Positions 26,634 through 39,755 of a stretch of 64,000 nucleotides of DNA are shown here, piece after piece. A program made the translations under genes and the position numbers. Source of the DNA: Octopus sinensis (taxonomy: Eukaryota); contig NC_043001.1 of the NCBI RefSeq assembly GCF_006345805.1, forward strand, positions 68,076,001 through 68,140,000, given 5' to 3'. Numbering within the stretch: position 1 is the first letter of the stretch; the number at the start of each line of letters is the position of its first letter. Under the pieces are notes generated by a model, which saw only the letters and a program-made list of their open reading frames with translations, searched no databases and was not told the DNA's origin.

Positions 26634-26867
26634 CATACATAATTATAGAGCCACATCAAATTAATGAATCCTTATAAACTACTTGAGTCTTGCTTCTGGT
26701 TCCACATTAAATGATTAAGCATGTTTTAATTACATACTGCTCTCTGTTCCATAATTACAGAACATTTATGTAAAAGTGATACTAATTATTTTCTTTTTTT
26801 ATGTTCTTTTTTTTTCTTTCTACATTCGTGTTCATTAACAATTTACTTGAACTTGGTGGACGGAGTG

Positions 26868-27200
26868 TCAAACCCCACTGGAAATCTTGTAGTCAGTGTC
26901 ACATGTGAGGAAGAATATTTTAGCTTGATTAGGCTTTGATTCTCTGATTCTTACATGCCAAATAATTTTTAGATAGAATGCATCCATCTCATCCCCTCTT
27001 CTTCCTCCTCCACCTCTTCTCAAGGACATCTTCCTGTCTGACCATTTCTGGGTAAGACAAGCCACCCTATTCGCCACATCGTCCCAGTTTTTATTCACCT
27101 GGAGATCAGGACAGAACCAGATTCCGAGCAGTTTGACTGGCCCGCCAGTCCAGCGTCCGACGGCATGGCACTACCTCTCCAAGTGTCCATTATCATAGGG
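26868..27200 (-). mobile_element. Tx1-like RT fragment
   Basis: PVKLLGIWFCPDLQVNKNWDDVANRV...KWSDRKMSL matches the ORF2 of the other Tx1-like copies. Confidence 0.85.
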
Positions 27201-28444
27201 TTTGGTTCTGGTTTCACTCACCGCATAAAGATTATCTTTCCTCAGTCATATATTTGCATAATTTTGTCATTCTTTCGAGTTATTATCGTCTGATGGATCC
27301 AGATATTTTCATCCAGAAATGTTTTATTTTTCGTCTTTTATAACAATATCCGGCGTTTAGCATTAACTGTCTGTTTGTGTGAAACCGCATATTTGCGTTT
27401 TTGTAAACACAGGTTTTACTGATCATTTGTGCATTTTATGAAATTTATGTAATCCCATAACTATAAATATCCTTGCTCAAAATTAATCTTGAGGTACGAC
27501 AAGGTCAGCTTAGCAACTTACCACCTCAATTAATATTACCTTCCTTATTAAAATATTCTTTCTAATTGTTCCCTTAGCAAATTCCTCTAACCCACTACAA
27601 CCTACCTCCCTCATAGCCCTCCTACCCTCACAAGTGATCTTCTTTCATTTCTTCTCTTCAACCAAAAGCGCTTTATACTACCCCCACTTATTTTGATACT
27701 AACTAGTCAGCCCTTCTCCCTCTCTATTCAGGTCCCTTTATTCAATTTCATACACCTTTACATCTACTGTTCTCCCCTTCCAATACTAACTCACATTCAT
27801 TATCCCACTAACCACTGTTATCTTGACCACCAATTCACCCCCACAGTGTCCACTCCCTCTGTCTTCTCTCATACTTTCCTACATACCTTACTAACCTTCC
27901 TCTGCTACTGAACTAAACACTTCGCTTCCCTCAAATAATAGTCATTCCTTTTCTCACTATCTCAGCCAATAATTCTATCGTTTTTATTCCTATGTTAAAT
28001 GCATCCATACAGCCGCATTTTGTGATGAACTAAATCTAACAGGATTATAGTGGATCACCGAGTCCCCAGAAACAGCTGTTGGACCTATTATACCTTTCTT
28101 TATTTTTTTCTGTCGTTTCTACGCTGTGTAAGATGGACCTATTAATATAAATATGTATATATAAAATCATCATCTGAAACTTTCCACCTTTTGCATGTAT
28201 ACATGTATACATATTTTGTATTTGATGTATTTAATATATTCAATATATTTGATGTTTCTAATTTGTTTTTCTGCATAATTGCCACTATACCCACTCAACT
28301 TAATCCCTCTTGTAGCCTTTCTTTATAATGTGCAATGATCCCCTGTAAAGACATCGGAATCTAAGTTTGAATCTTTTGAGTACTACTGTCTTCTATATGG
28401 AGAATATCTAGATCTCATCTGGGAACTATATATATATACATAAT

Positions 28445-28678
28445 TTTATTCTTTTACTTGGTACAATCATTTGACTGCGGCTATGCTGGGGCACCGCCTT
28501 TAGTCGAGAAAATTGACTCCAGGACTGATTCTTTGTAAGCCTAGTACATATTCTTTCGGTCTCTTTTGCCGAACCACTAAGTTACGGGGACGTAAACACA
28601 CCAGCATCGGTTGTCAAGCGCTGTTGGGGGGACAAACACAGACACACACACACATACACACACACACAGACACACAAA

Positions 28679-28710
<32 letters not shown>
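28445..28710 (-). mobile_element. SINE A 3' half
   Basis: Tail module homologous to 12615-12820, ending at (CA)n. Confidence 0.85.
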
Positions 28711-28713
<3 letters not shown>

Positions 28714-28716
28714 GTA

Positions 28717-29230
28717 TTGTTACGCCGTGCCGTGCTCAACTCAGGACCCCTAAGACCCTAGGCCTTCCGGGTCGATAACTGGCTCTAAGTCGGCGACGAC
28801 GACTACGCGCTCAGTCAAACGGAAGTCCACCACAGAAAGCTGATGTGGTCAGCGAACGCGAGCCAGTAACCGAAGACAACAACAACAAAGTGAGACAGCG
28901 GGAGGCAGTTGCATACAATTTAACAATTTATATACTTCACAAAATCAATCAAAACATTTAAAATACATTTAACTACAAGGTTAACAGACATTTAACAGAC
29001 CCCGCACATAGTTAAAAAAAAACAATCAATGGCATTTAGCAAAATACAACGTCCGACAACAATCAAAACAAATACAGAATTTGGAAAACAATCGAAACAA
29101 ATAGTCTGTCTCTTTCTTTTCCCAGTTTAAAATCTCTTTCTCTTTCCTTTCCTCCTCCTTCCAACTCAATGTTCTTTTTCTTTAAGAAACACATCTTTTA
29201 CAGTTCTTTTAAAATTTCTTAACGTAGTTC
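28717..29230 (-). mobile_element. Possible LTR fragment
   Basis: Sharp boundary TGTTACG (minus strand ends ...CGTAACA) on a GC-richer block; no matching other end seen. Confidence 0.3.
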
Positions 29231-29241
29231 TCGAGGAGATT

Positions 29242-29484
29242 TAGCATGACACAGAGTATGACAAGGCTGGCTCTTTGAAATACAGGTATAACAGAAACAG
29301 GAAGAAAGAGTGAGAGAATGTTATGCTGAAAGAGTACAGCAGGGTTCACCACCAACCCCTGCCGGGGCCTCGTGGAGCTTTAGGTGTTTTCGCTCAATAA
29401 ACACTCACAATTCCCGGTCTGGGAATTGAAACCACGATCCTACGACCGCGAGTCCGGTGCCCTAACCACTGGCCCATTGCGCCT

Positions 29485-29487
<3 letters not shown>
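29242..29487 (-). mobile_element. SINE B copy
   Basis: Head tggaggcgcaatgggccagtggttagggc, body and partial tail. Confidence 0.9.
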
Positions 29488-29542
<55 letters not shown>

Positions 29543-29659
29543 ACACACACATATACATACATACATATATATAAATTGCTGCTTGGACAGCTAAGTTCCT
29601 TTTCAGAATTTACCGTTAGATCTACCTTATTTTTTAACACTTACCTTTAGTTCAAGAAT

Positions 29660-30200
29660 TAATCAATTTGCCTGTATTCCATTCGAACCTTCACTTTTCT
29701 ATTCCTATATGTTATACTCTATTTACTTCATTGATTCCTAACTTTCCTCTGTCTGGTGTAATTATCTTATTTCAGTTTCTTTATCTAACATGGTATTAAG
29801 ATTCTTGATTAATTTCTCTGTTTTCAATGCCTTGCCCCATTTCCTCAGTCCTCATCTAATATTAATTGCTCCAGTAAGTCAGTGCACTCTGTAATGCTGC
29901 GTTTAGCTGCTTATTATCTTCTGCTCATAATCTCAGTTTGTCTATATAGCAAAGATGGTTGATTGTGCTGTCATAGCATTTGTATCCAAGTGCAGTCTGG
30001 TTTATCATGGCGGTTAAAGATATTAAGCACCAGACAGACAACAAATGGTAGGAGAGACTCCCTAGCGTGCCACGTACTCAATGTATATTACATGGATCCC
30101 ATTATCATTGGTGTTATTATATTTATGGTTAATGGATACATGCGTGTGACAAGATTGAAACCCTTCTGATTATCATTCCACAGATTTCTCAGAACCTTCT
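29660..30200 (-). mobile_element. Decayed R4/Dong-like RT remnant
   Basis: LGYKCYDSTINHLCYIDKLRL*AEDNKQL resembles the R4-clade INHLLYMDDLKL motif. Confidence 0.6.
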
Positions 30201-30224
30201 TCCTATTTCTGTAATCTTTAGTTA

Positions 30225-30442
30225 TGGTATTGGTTTCAAATTTTGGCACAAGGCCAGCGATTTCGGAAGAGTGACCAAGTCTATTACATCGACCCTAGTT
30301 TTCAACTCGTACTTATTTTTCGACCCCGAAAGGATGAAAATTAAAGTCGACCTCGGCAGAATTTGAATTCAGAACATAAGGACGGTCGAAATGCCGCTAA
30401 GCGTTTTGTCCGGTGTACTAAGCGATTCTGCCGCCTCGCTGC
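30225..30442 (-). mobile_element. SINE C copy
   Basis: Reverse-complement match to 13305-13510, including the ccttgtgccaaaatttgaaa tail. Confidence 0.85.
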
Positions 30443-30730
30443 TTTATCTTTAGTTATGGTATTGTAGGCCAATAACTCATCTTTACAACCATAAGAACTA
30501 TTGCAGCATTTCTTTCAAAGTTCCGCAAACAAGTTGTTTCTTTTCTCTCACAGTTGTCTGTCATATTAATCTAATTAAAGCTAAGCTGTACGAAGGTAAA
30601 ATATGGTTCTGTGGGTTTTAGCGTATGTCGTTCATCATTTTGGAGATGAGGTTCTCTTCAGTGAAGTGCTATCTTCGGTTTCTTTATTATCGTAGAAATT
30701 CCTGTATCTCTGATAAGACATTCTGTGTCA

Positions 30731-31477
30731 TCTTTATATATATAAAACTGAGAATGTGTGTCTGCCTGTCTGTCTGTCTGTCTGTCTGTCTGTGTGTTTC
30801 CCTAAAACTTGAGAACTACACTACCAATTTCATTCAAATTTTACATATGCCTTACTTAGGGTCCATGTAGTTTCATGAACAAAAAAAATGTTCAACTTCT
30901 TGCCTAGAGCGAGCCCATAGCAATATCATATCTTCTCCACTATTTCAGTATTACGTGTTAAAAGTGAAACAAAAATATTTCTCTATTTTATGTCAGATGC
31001 TTTCATTTTAACAATAAAAATAATAATAACAATTGAATTATATGTAGTAAGTAATAATTAAAATCAAACTAAAGTATAATATAATCGTAACATACAAAAG
31101 TAAAAATAGCAATTGGTATAAAATTGCATCAATGATTTGAACTTGAATAAGTGGTTTCACATGAATGGGAATAAATTAAATATAAAATTAGCGTGCAGAA
31201 ATGGAATAGTCCAGATGGATAATAAAAAATTAAATTAAAGAAAAGACTATTGTCTATAAAGTATACAATGTAGAGAAAAAAGAAGAGCTAACAATTCCAG
31301 TCCGTTATATATTTTGAGTATTGTTATCACTAGCGATATCAATATATAACTTTGTATTTTGCATTTTATGTGTAGATGTATATATATAGATGTACATGTA
31401 ATATGTACACATATATATATACACATATATACATGCACTAGCACTATGACCCGGCAACGACGGGTCTTTAATGCTAG
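30731..31477 (+). mobile_element. Non-autonomous Helitron
   Basis: A|TC start (tctttatatatataaaactg), (TGTC)n near the 5' end, 3' hairpin gacccggcaacgacgggtc, then CTAG|T. Confidence 0.85.
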
Positions 31478-31690
31478 TTGTTATATATTTTATTTATTAT
31501 TATTTCATTTACGCACAACAGATTAGACTGTTAGAAAAATTCCTGAAATCCGGCTTTCAACAAGTAACCTTAGATGCCAAGAACCTTTCTATCATCATCA
31601 TCATCATCACCATCACCACCTCCATCACCACCATCACCACCACCACCACCACCACCACCACCACCACCACCGCCACCGCCACCGCCGCCG

Positions 31691-31784
<94 letters not shown>

Positions 31785-31799
31785 CATTATTACTTTCAT

Positions 31800-32602
31800 T
31801 ATCATTTTCTTTCAATTCTGTTTCCATTTCTTGCCGAGTGTCTTCCAGACACTGAGAGCAGAGAAACGCACCGTATATATTTGTAGGCCATTAAAATAAA
31901 CTCACTAGATTGAACATTTACGATGTCATGTGATAGAGAAAAAAGGGAAGAAAGACAGAGAGAAAAATTAATAATAACAAATAAAAAAGCAAACAAAGAA
32001 AATGAAGGGGAAAAGGGGAAAATTAGGAAAATAAAGGGAAAAATTCACAGCGACAGTGCTCTTCTCAGTAGGTCTGACGTACCAGTTGCACTTCCTGCGT
32101 GGATGGTAAGTCAGAGATCATCCTTAGGTAATTTTCAGTTCCTTTTTTTGGTATTGTAACTGTCTTAAGATGCCATATCATTTCGATTAGTAAATCTTTA
32201 TATTTTCTGAGCTTATCAAATTCTTTTGCCGAGATATCGCGGTCACGGGGTATGTTTATGTCAATCAATAAACAGACTTTATTGTTTTGGTCTTTCACAA
32301 CAATATCTGGTTTATTTGCTTTGATGGTCCGGTCTGTACATACTGGAAAGTCCCAAAGAATCGTTGCATTTTCTCCCTCAGTTACAGCCCCATGTCTTGA
32401 TTTGTACTCTACAAGTGCTAAAACCTTACACACAAAGATTAGGTGGTCCAATGTTTCAATCCCATCGTTGCAGTATCGGCACTTTGGGTGAACAGCATTT
32501 TTCATCACATTGGCATGATAGTTCCGAGTCAATAAGCTCTGGTCTTGAGCAGCCAAGATAAAGCCTTCACTCTCTGCCTTTAGCCCTGAGCTCTGTAGCC
32601 AC
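31800..32602 (-). mobile_element. 5'-truncated R4/Dong-like non-LTR element (restriction-like endonuclease)
   Basis: CCHC finger CRYC...ETLDHLIFVC, ILWDFPVCTDRTIKANKPDIVVKD...LID (PD..D RLE), GTSDLLRRALSL*. (TAA)n on both sides. Confidence 0.9.
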
Positions 32603-32641
32603 TATTATTATTATTATTATTTTTATTATTATTATTATTAC

Positions 32642-32709
<68 letters not shown>

Positions 32710-32814
32710 GTCATCATCATCATCATCATTATATTATTATTATATTATTATTATTATTATTATTATATTATTATTATTATTGATATTGTTGTTGTTGTTG
32801 TTATTATTATTATT

Positions 32815-33358
32815 GAGTGAGAGAGCAGTGCATGCCATCAAAGTGATACTGGGGTAAAATATACGAAGCCCAGTATACCCATCATGACTACCCGTCTGAT
32901 AAGGGTACACCAGGCACTCGTATCACAACCATATGTGCGCGACATGGTGATTTCATCAAGATAAACAGCGCATGACCTTGCAGGTGGGGCCCAGTTAGAA
33001 TTTTCTTCTGGTCAGGTAACCCATCCCACTCAAAAGTGCCCGAATAAGGATTGTTTAAGGATGTTGAACGAACCACAACCACCCATGTTTCCAAAGGTGA
33101 ATTATCCAAACCTCCAAGAATTCCTTTCAACATACGGCTATGATGCTCTCCCACTACTTCTGCTCGTGATCAGAGATGCACATCTCGTCAGCCACTAAGG
33201 GACATGATCAACTGGTTAAGGTCAAACAACTGACAAGCAAATATGGTATTGAGCAGATTATTTGCTGTAGTCCATCTTTTATACCAAGACAAAACAATGT
33301 ACATGATAACACTTTCAATCAGTTAAGATCAGAAGCCATGAGAGCCACTGTCTGGTAC

Positions 33359-33389
<31 letters not shown>

Positions 33390-33397
33390 TTATTATA

Positions 33398-33446
<49 letters not shown>

Positions 33447-33462
33447 GTCATCATCATCATCA

Positions 33463-33507
<45 letters not shown>

Positions 33508-34100
33508 TATTATTATTATTGATATTGTTGTTGTTGTTGTTATTATTATTATTGAGTGAGAGAGCAGTGCATGCCATCAAAGTGATACTGGGGTAAAATA
33601 TACGAAGCCCAGTATACCCATCATGACTACCCGTCTGATAAGGGTACACCAGGCACTCGTATCACAACCATATGTGCGCGACATGGTGATTTCATCAAGA
33701 TAAACAGCGCATGACCTTGCAGGTGGGGCCCAGTTAGAATTTTCTTCTGGTCAGGTAACCCATCCCACTCAAAAAGTGCCCGAATAAGGATTGTTTAAGG
33801 ATGTTGAACGAACCACAACCACCCATGTTTCCAAAGGTGAATTATCCAAACCTCCAAGAATTCCTTTCAACATACGGCTATGATGCTCTCCCACTACTTC
33901 TGCTCGTGATCAGAGATGCACATCTCGTCAGCCACTAAGGGACATGATCAACTGGTTAAGGTCAAACAACTGACAAGCAAATATGGTATTGAGCAGATTA
34001 TTTGCTGTAGTCCATCTTTTATACCAAGACAAAACAATGTACATGATAACACTTTCAATCAGTTAAGATCAGAAGCCATGAGAGCCACTGTCTGGTACTT
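32815..34100. repeat. Unclassified ~546-bp element, two near-identical copies (32815-33360, 33554-34100), embedded in (TTA)n
   Basis: Direct comparison of the copies; the flanking compound microsatellites are also duplicated. Confidence 0.85.
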
Positions 34101-34121
34101 TTGTTATTATTATTATTATTA

Positions 34122-34175
<54 letters not shown>

Positions 34176-34195
34176 CATTATTATTATTATTATTA

Positions 34196-34390
34196 AGGCA
34201 GTGAGCCGGCAGAATCGCTAGCACGCCAGGCAAAGTGGTTAGCGACATTTTCCTCCGCTCAAATTCTGCCGAGGTGGTCTTTGCCTTTCACCTTTAGTGA
34301 TCGATGAAATACGTATCAGTTGAGCACTGGCGTCGATGTATGCGACTAACCCCCTCCTTCCATCAAAATTTCAGGCCTTTTGTCTATAAT
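34196..34390 (+). mobile_element. Diverged SINE C
   Basis: aaggcagtgagccggcagaatcg...ctttgcctttcac...aaaatttcaggccttttg. Confidence 0.75.
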
Positions 34391-34959
34391 AGAAAGGCTT
34401 AAGCGTTGGTAGAAAGTATCTAAAACCAGTTCATCTCTTCCATTTGCTAATTCAGAGCTTTTGGGAATAAGTTAGTCATCATTGTGTCATATTTCTCTCG
34501 ATGGAATCTTGCGGGTTATTGCACGAAGATTGGCTGTTTTAACTCCATTTTCTTCATTCGTATATTTTGCCACTCCGGTCTCAATGTACCGTTTACATTA
34601 AAAAATACTAACGTTTCTTTTGTTAACTCAGTAAGTATTGTAATGTAACTAAACAAAGTAAGGCATTTTTGTCTAGTTCTCTAGTCTGCCAATTTTCAGA
34701 GGAAGTAGGTAGTGATGAAATGAATTGGAGTCAACATTTCTTCAGTTCGTGTCCTCAGAGGAGCGGATATTTGCGCAACAGAGCCCGGACACGCACGCAT
34801 GCACACACATACACACACATATATGTACATATATATATATAATATATATATATATATTATATATATACATATGTATGTATATACCTGTGTCTGTGTATAT
34901 ATATATATATATTATATATATATATATGTATGTATATGCGTGTGTCTGTGTGTGTGTAT

Positions 34960-35005
<46 letters not shown>

Positions 35006-35165
35006 ATATATATATAATATATATATATATATGTATATATATGTATATATACATATATGTATATATTTCTTTTTATATATATATATATAATATATATATA
35101 TATGCGTATGTGTGTTTATACATACACACACACACACACACATATATATAGAAATATATACATAC

Positions 35166-35249
35166 GCAACACTGACAGCAACAAAGTTTGAACTCGGACT
35201 GGCGGAAGGAATGTAATAGTTCAATGATTCCAGAATGGAGTTTTTATGT
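35166..35249 (-). CDS. Candidate 84-nt internal coding exon of an unidentified host gene
   Basis: Pyrimidine-rich acceptor ttctgtttcgtcctag| and donor |gtatgt. Length is divisible by 3 and only one frame is open (HKNSILESLNYYIPSASPSSNFVAVSV). No homology recognised. Confidence 0.3.
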
Positions 35250-35263
35250 CTAGGACGAAACAG

Positions 35264-35356
<93 letters not shown>

Positions 35357-35987
35357 TAATCATAGCAACAGTAAAATATTTACTTTGTTACAAAAGTAGC
35401 TGAGCTTGAGAAAAAATGTTGGTTACAGCGCCAGATAAATGTGAGGTTAAAAAATAGTTGAGAAATGAAGTGTGAAAATTTGTAGATCGTGACCAATATC
35501 AAAGTGATGATGGAACGGAACGTTTTCTATCATAAAGAAAGGTTTCCATCAAAAACAAACATTTCGAGACAAAAAAAAAGAAGAAAAGCTATGAAAAGAG
35601 AGAGGTAAGAACAAAATCGATGGCGATTTCGACAATGAGAATATAATAAAGGTATATTGTATCATGTAAAATAATGATCCATTGAACACAGGAAAAAGAA
35701 ACAGAAAGAAAGAATTATTGGTACTACATCATTGTTTCCAGATTGCTTCTGTAATGACTTCTTTATTTACTGTGAGAACTGCAAAATCTACGTTTTAAGG
35801 GAGTATATGTGGCCTTGTAGTTCACAAGTTCACTTCACAACCCCACAATATCAGTTTGTTTCCAGAACGCGCATTTGAGCATAGTTCCAAGTGAGAGAAA
35901 TTTGTAAGGTCTGTGTTTGTGTATTCTCTTTTACTCTTTTACTTGTTTCAGTCATTTGACTGCGGCCATGCTGGAGCACCGCCTTTA

Positions 35988-37225
35988 ATGTCGGCGAGAC
36001 GGCACTTCCGTGCCATGACAGCTTGTCGCGAACAGGTAACGCCGCACGGAAACACTGCCAGGCCAAGGATTTCTGGTAATTATCCAGGTACCCCGGCCGG
36101 AACGTTCTCCGGAACTGGTTGATCAATTGGTTTTCATCGTAGCCCAGGGTCTCCCTCAAGGCGTCTTCGGATTTAACCTCCACTAACTCGCTATAGAAAT
36201 CCGTGGTGGAACTCCTGTTGCCGGCATTGCCCGCTCGAGAGAGTAGCTGAAGTGCCTGACGGCACTCCAATTGCCAGTCCCCCAGCCTAGGTCTCTGCTT
36301 GATCCAATTACCAATGTACGTTAACTGCGGAAGGTAGAACTGAACGTGCGGTAACCATCCAAGTTCTCCATCCAAGTAAAGCCAGAGGTGCCTCAACCTT
36401 AATGCGAATTTTCGCATCTTCAGCCAAGGCATCCCTAGCCCACCCTTTAGCGGTTTCTGGCAGCAGACAGAGCGCTTTACAAGTGGCTTTCCTCCTTTCC
36501 ACAAAAAATGGAAAAGGATTCTCTCCAAATTGTTAAACCACAAATCGGGGCAAGGCACCACGGTCAGGCGGTAGGTGACTACTGATGCTACGAACATCTG
36601 CACCACCTCCGCCCTCCCTAGCAGGGATAACGCCCGTCCAGACCAGGTCTGGGTTACAGCGGTCACCTTGCCGGCCACCTCACTCCAATTTTTCTCTATC
36701 TGGAGGTCTGGCCCGAACCAGACTCCGAGCAGCTTAACAGGACCTTCCGTCCAACGCCCTACGACGTTATTGGACGGTATCGGCTTGCCCCTCCAGGTGC
36801 CGAGTTGCAAACCGACCGACTTGTCCTTGTTCACCTTTGCTCCTGCCACCGCCTCGTAGCTTTTGATGGCCTCTTCCACCACTGGAAGCTGGCCTTCATC
36901 TGCCACGATGATGGAGATGTCATCCGCGTACGCTCCTCTTCCACACCATAGATCCTGCGGTGCGCCCCCTAGTGTCTCCAACTTCCGCAGCAAAGGCTCA
37001 AGAGCCAAAACACATAGAAGCGGGGACCGGGGGCACCCCTGACGAACTGAACCCTCGATCCTGAACGGCTTCGAAAGGAAGCCGTTCATCTTGACCACAG
37101 AATCGATGTCGCTGTAAAAAGCAGCGATCCAACCTCGAAAGGTCGGGCCCAGGCCAGCCTCCCCGAGGACCGCCGCCAAGTACCGATGGTCGACCCTATC
37201 AAATGCCTTAGACTGGTCTAAATGT
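35988..37225 (-). mobile_element. 5'-truncated Tx1-like LINE RT segment inside a SINE A copy
   Basis: Open frame VHLDQSKAFDRVDH, SVRQGCPRSP, AYADDI, LLGVWFGP. Flanked by the SINE A head (37226-37248) and SINE A tail (35915-35987). Confidence 0.95.
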
Positions 37226-37297
37226 ACCACACAGCCACTCCTGCGCCTATATGTGCGTGTGTGACTGCAGGAATATATCCTTTGTGGTATTTACTTT

Positions 37298-37732
37298 CAT
37301 CAAGGCGGCGAGCTGGCAGAAACGTTAGCACGCCGGGCGAAATGTATAGCCGTATTTCGTCTGCCGTTACGTTCTGAGTTCAAATTCCGCCGAAGTCGAC
37401 TTTGCCTTTCATCCTTTCGGGGTCGATAAATTAAGTACCAGTTACGCACTGGGGTCGATATAATCGACTTAATCAGTTTGTCTGTCCTTGTTTGTCCTCT
37501 CTGTGATTAGCCCCTTGTGGGTAATAAAGAAATAGGTAGTAAAGAAATAGGTATTTCGTCTGCCGCTACGTTCTGAGTTCAAATTCCGCCGAGGTCGACT
37601 TTGCCTTTCATCCTTTCGGGGTCGATTAAATAAATACCAGTTACGCACTGGGGTCGATATAATCAACTTAATCCGTTTGTCTGTCCTTGTTTGTGCTCTC
37701 TGTGTTTAGCCCTTGTGGGCAGTAAAGAAATA
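37298..37732 (+). mobile_element. SINE C with tandem-duplicated 3' part and Tx1-like tail
   Basis: The second unit restarts at gtatttcgtctgcc. Possible 12-bp TSD ggtatttacttt at 37286-37297 and 37733-37744. Confidence 0.9.
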
Positions 37733-39589
37733 GGTATTTACTTTAATCTTAAAGGAATGTGATTTAAAAAGTTCAAAACACACACACATCCACACACACG
37801 CACGCACACGCACACGAACGCACACAGGCACGCACACGCACACGCACAATAGGTTACCAAGCAGTGTCTGTCTCTGCTATTGAACAAAGCAATGTGCTGC
37901 GCAAAGGGACTGAACTCGAAACCACTTGATTGCAAAGTGTGGTTCTTAACCAGGCAGTCATGTCTGCGCCTGCACATACATGTACAACAATGCAGACGAA
38001 TTGGTGAGCTGTATATGTATGCGCGCTTGTGTATGTGTGTGTATATGTATGCGTGCATGTATATGTACATATTATGTTCATGCACGTGTACATGTGTGTA
38101 TGTGTGTGTGCGTGCACTATAATGCCAACAAATAGGCGCGAACATAACACATTGAGTGATAAAAATTACCGAGGGATGTTACCAACATGGAAAATTATTA
38201 GTGTATTTATATAAACTTACTATAGAAAATAACACATTTTGATTTAAAAGAAGAAATCCAACAGTAATTAAATTAGTCAAAAATGTTAAGTTACTTGAAA
38301 GAGATTCATTTTAAATACACTCATGTTGGATTATGTTTATAAACAAAGAAAAATTGGCACTAAATAAGGAGTGGGGAGTCACTAGAAGGCTCCAATGAAA
38401 GCAGAGCAAAAGTATTAGGAAATGTTATGTTAAATGTGTAATATTATTGTAAGGATATTGATGTCAATTACTGGCACCTTAAAGTCTAGCATATCTGGGT
38501 ACATAAAGTAATTTTCTCTGAGACTCCATTGAATGGATGGTTTTGGTGTTGTGCGTCTAGGGCAAGTTAACCTGGGTGAACCTTACCTTCGTCATGCTAA
38601 ACCCACAGGAAGTGTTACGCTATAACTCACATTACAGCCATTAGTTAGTGTTGAATGGTTCCTCAGTTGTGAAGCAAAAATCCTTAAAGCCTGGAGTCAA
38701 AGTAACTTTTAACGTCCCTATCTTCATAAGCGTGATAAGCCAGGAGAAATTTTGATCTCTTCATGCCTGAGTCCAGGATCGACTGCCTTTTAGCCTTGTT
38801 TTCTTCCAGCTACTCTTCTATAGTTTCTAAATTATAGTACGTATATTGCTCATTAGTCCCCCCCTTAGCCCTTCTTCAGAAGTCATATGATTAAAGAAGT
38901 TCAAGTCGTGCTCATTCCATTGTTTTCTAAGATATAGTGTAACTAAGATTACAGTAGTCAATGATTCATTCCTTTTTTATGACAGGAGGGATTTAAGGGG
39001 CATTTGGTTACTATTTCTAATAGAACAAGTTCACTCGTTGGCTTAACTACCTACCCCTCTGCCCATGTGTGTATACATACGCACACGCACACACACACAC
39101 ATATATAAAACGAAGATGTACAGGTGTCAATTCATTACGGCCGTTTCAAGCGACTCCTTTAATTGATTAATGAAAACATTACATCATTTGAAAGAAACCG
39201 TTCTCATCAGATAACCGCATAGACTTCAAACATAAAGAACAACAAATCCACATCAATAATGTAATTCAAAATATTTACATTGTTTCTGTCGTCATATCTC
39301 TGGCAGAATCTATACATCTTCGTTACTCACTTATGTTTTATTTACCTGCCTTGGAATCTGCACTACGGAAATACTATTGAAAGTACCTTTATATAAAGTA
39401 CATGTCTGAACTACCAAGAGCGGATATCTTGATTCAGCTGCACACACGGCAGAAATATCGGGTGCAAACACTCATGTACAGTGTTTTGATACCCAATATT
39501 CAATTAACAAGGTGCTCCAAATTAAGTATGCAAATCAACGGAATCTTAATTATATCACGCACCGCCCCACTCACATATATATAATAAAG

Positions 39590-39755
39590 ACATAAAGACA
39601 CACACACACACATACGACGGATTTCTTTCAGTTTCTGTCCACTAAATCTACTCACAAGGCTTTGGTAGGTTCGAGGGTATAGTAGAAGATACTTGCCCAA
39701 GGTACCACGCAGTGGAACTGAACCCAGAACCATGTGCTTGGAAAGCAAGCTTCTT
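39590..39755 (-). mobile_element. SINE A body, split from its head (43081-43116) by two Tx1-like insertions
   Basis: The SINE sequence stops at aagcaagcttctt (39743-39755) and resumes at 43081 with aagcaagcttcttactacacagctacacctgcgcct. Confidence 0.9.
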
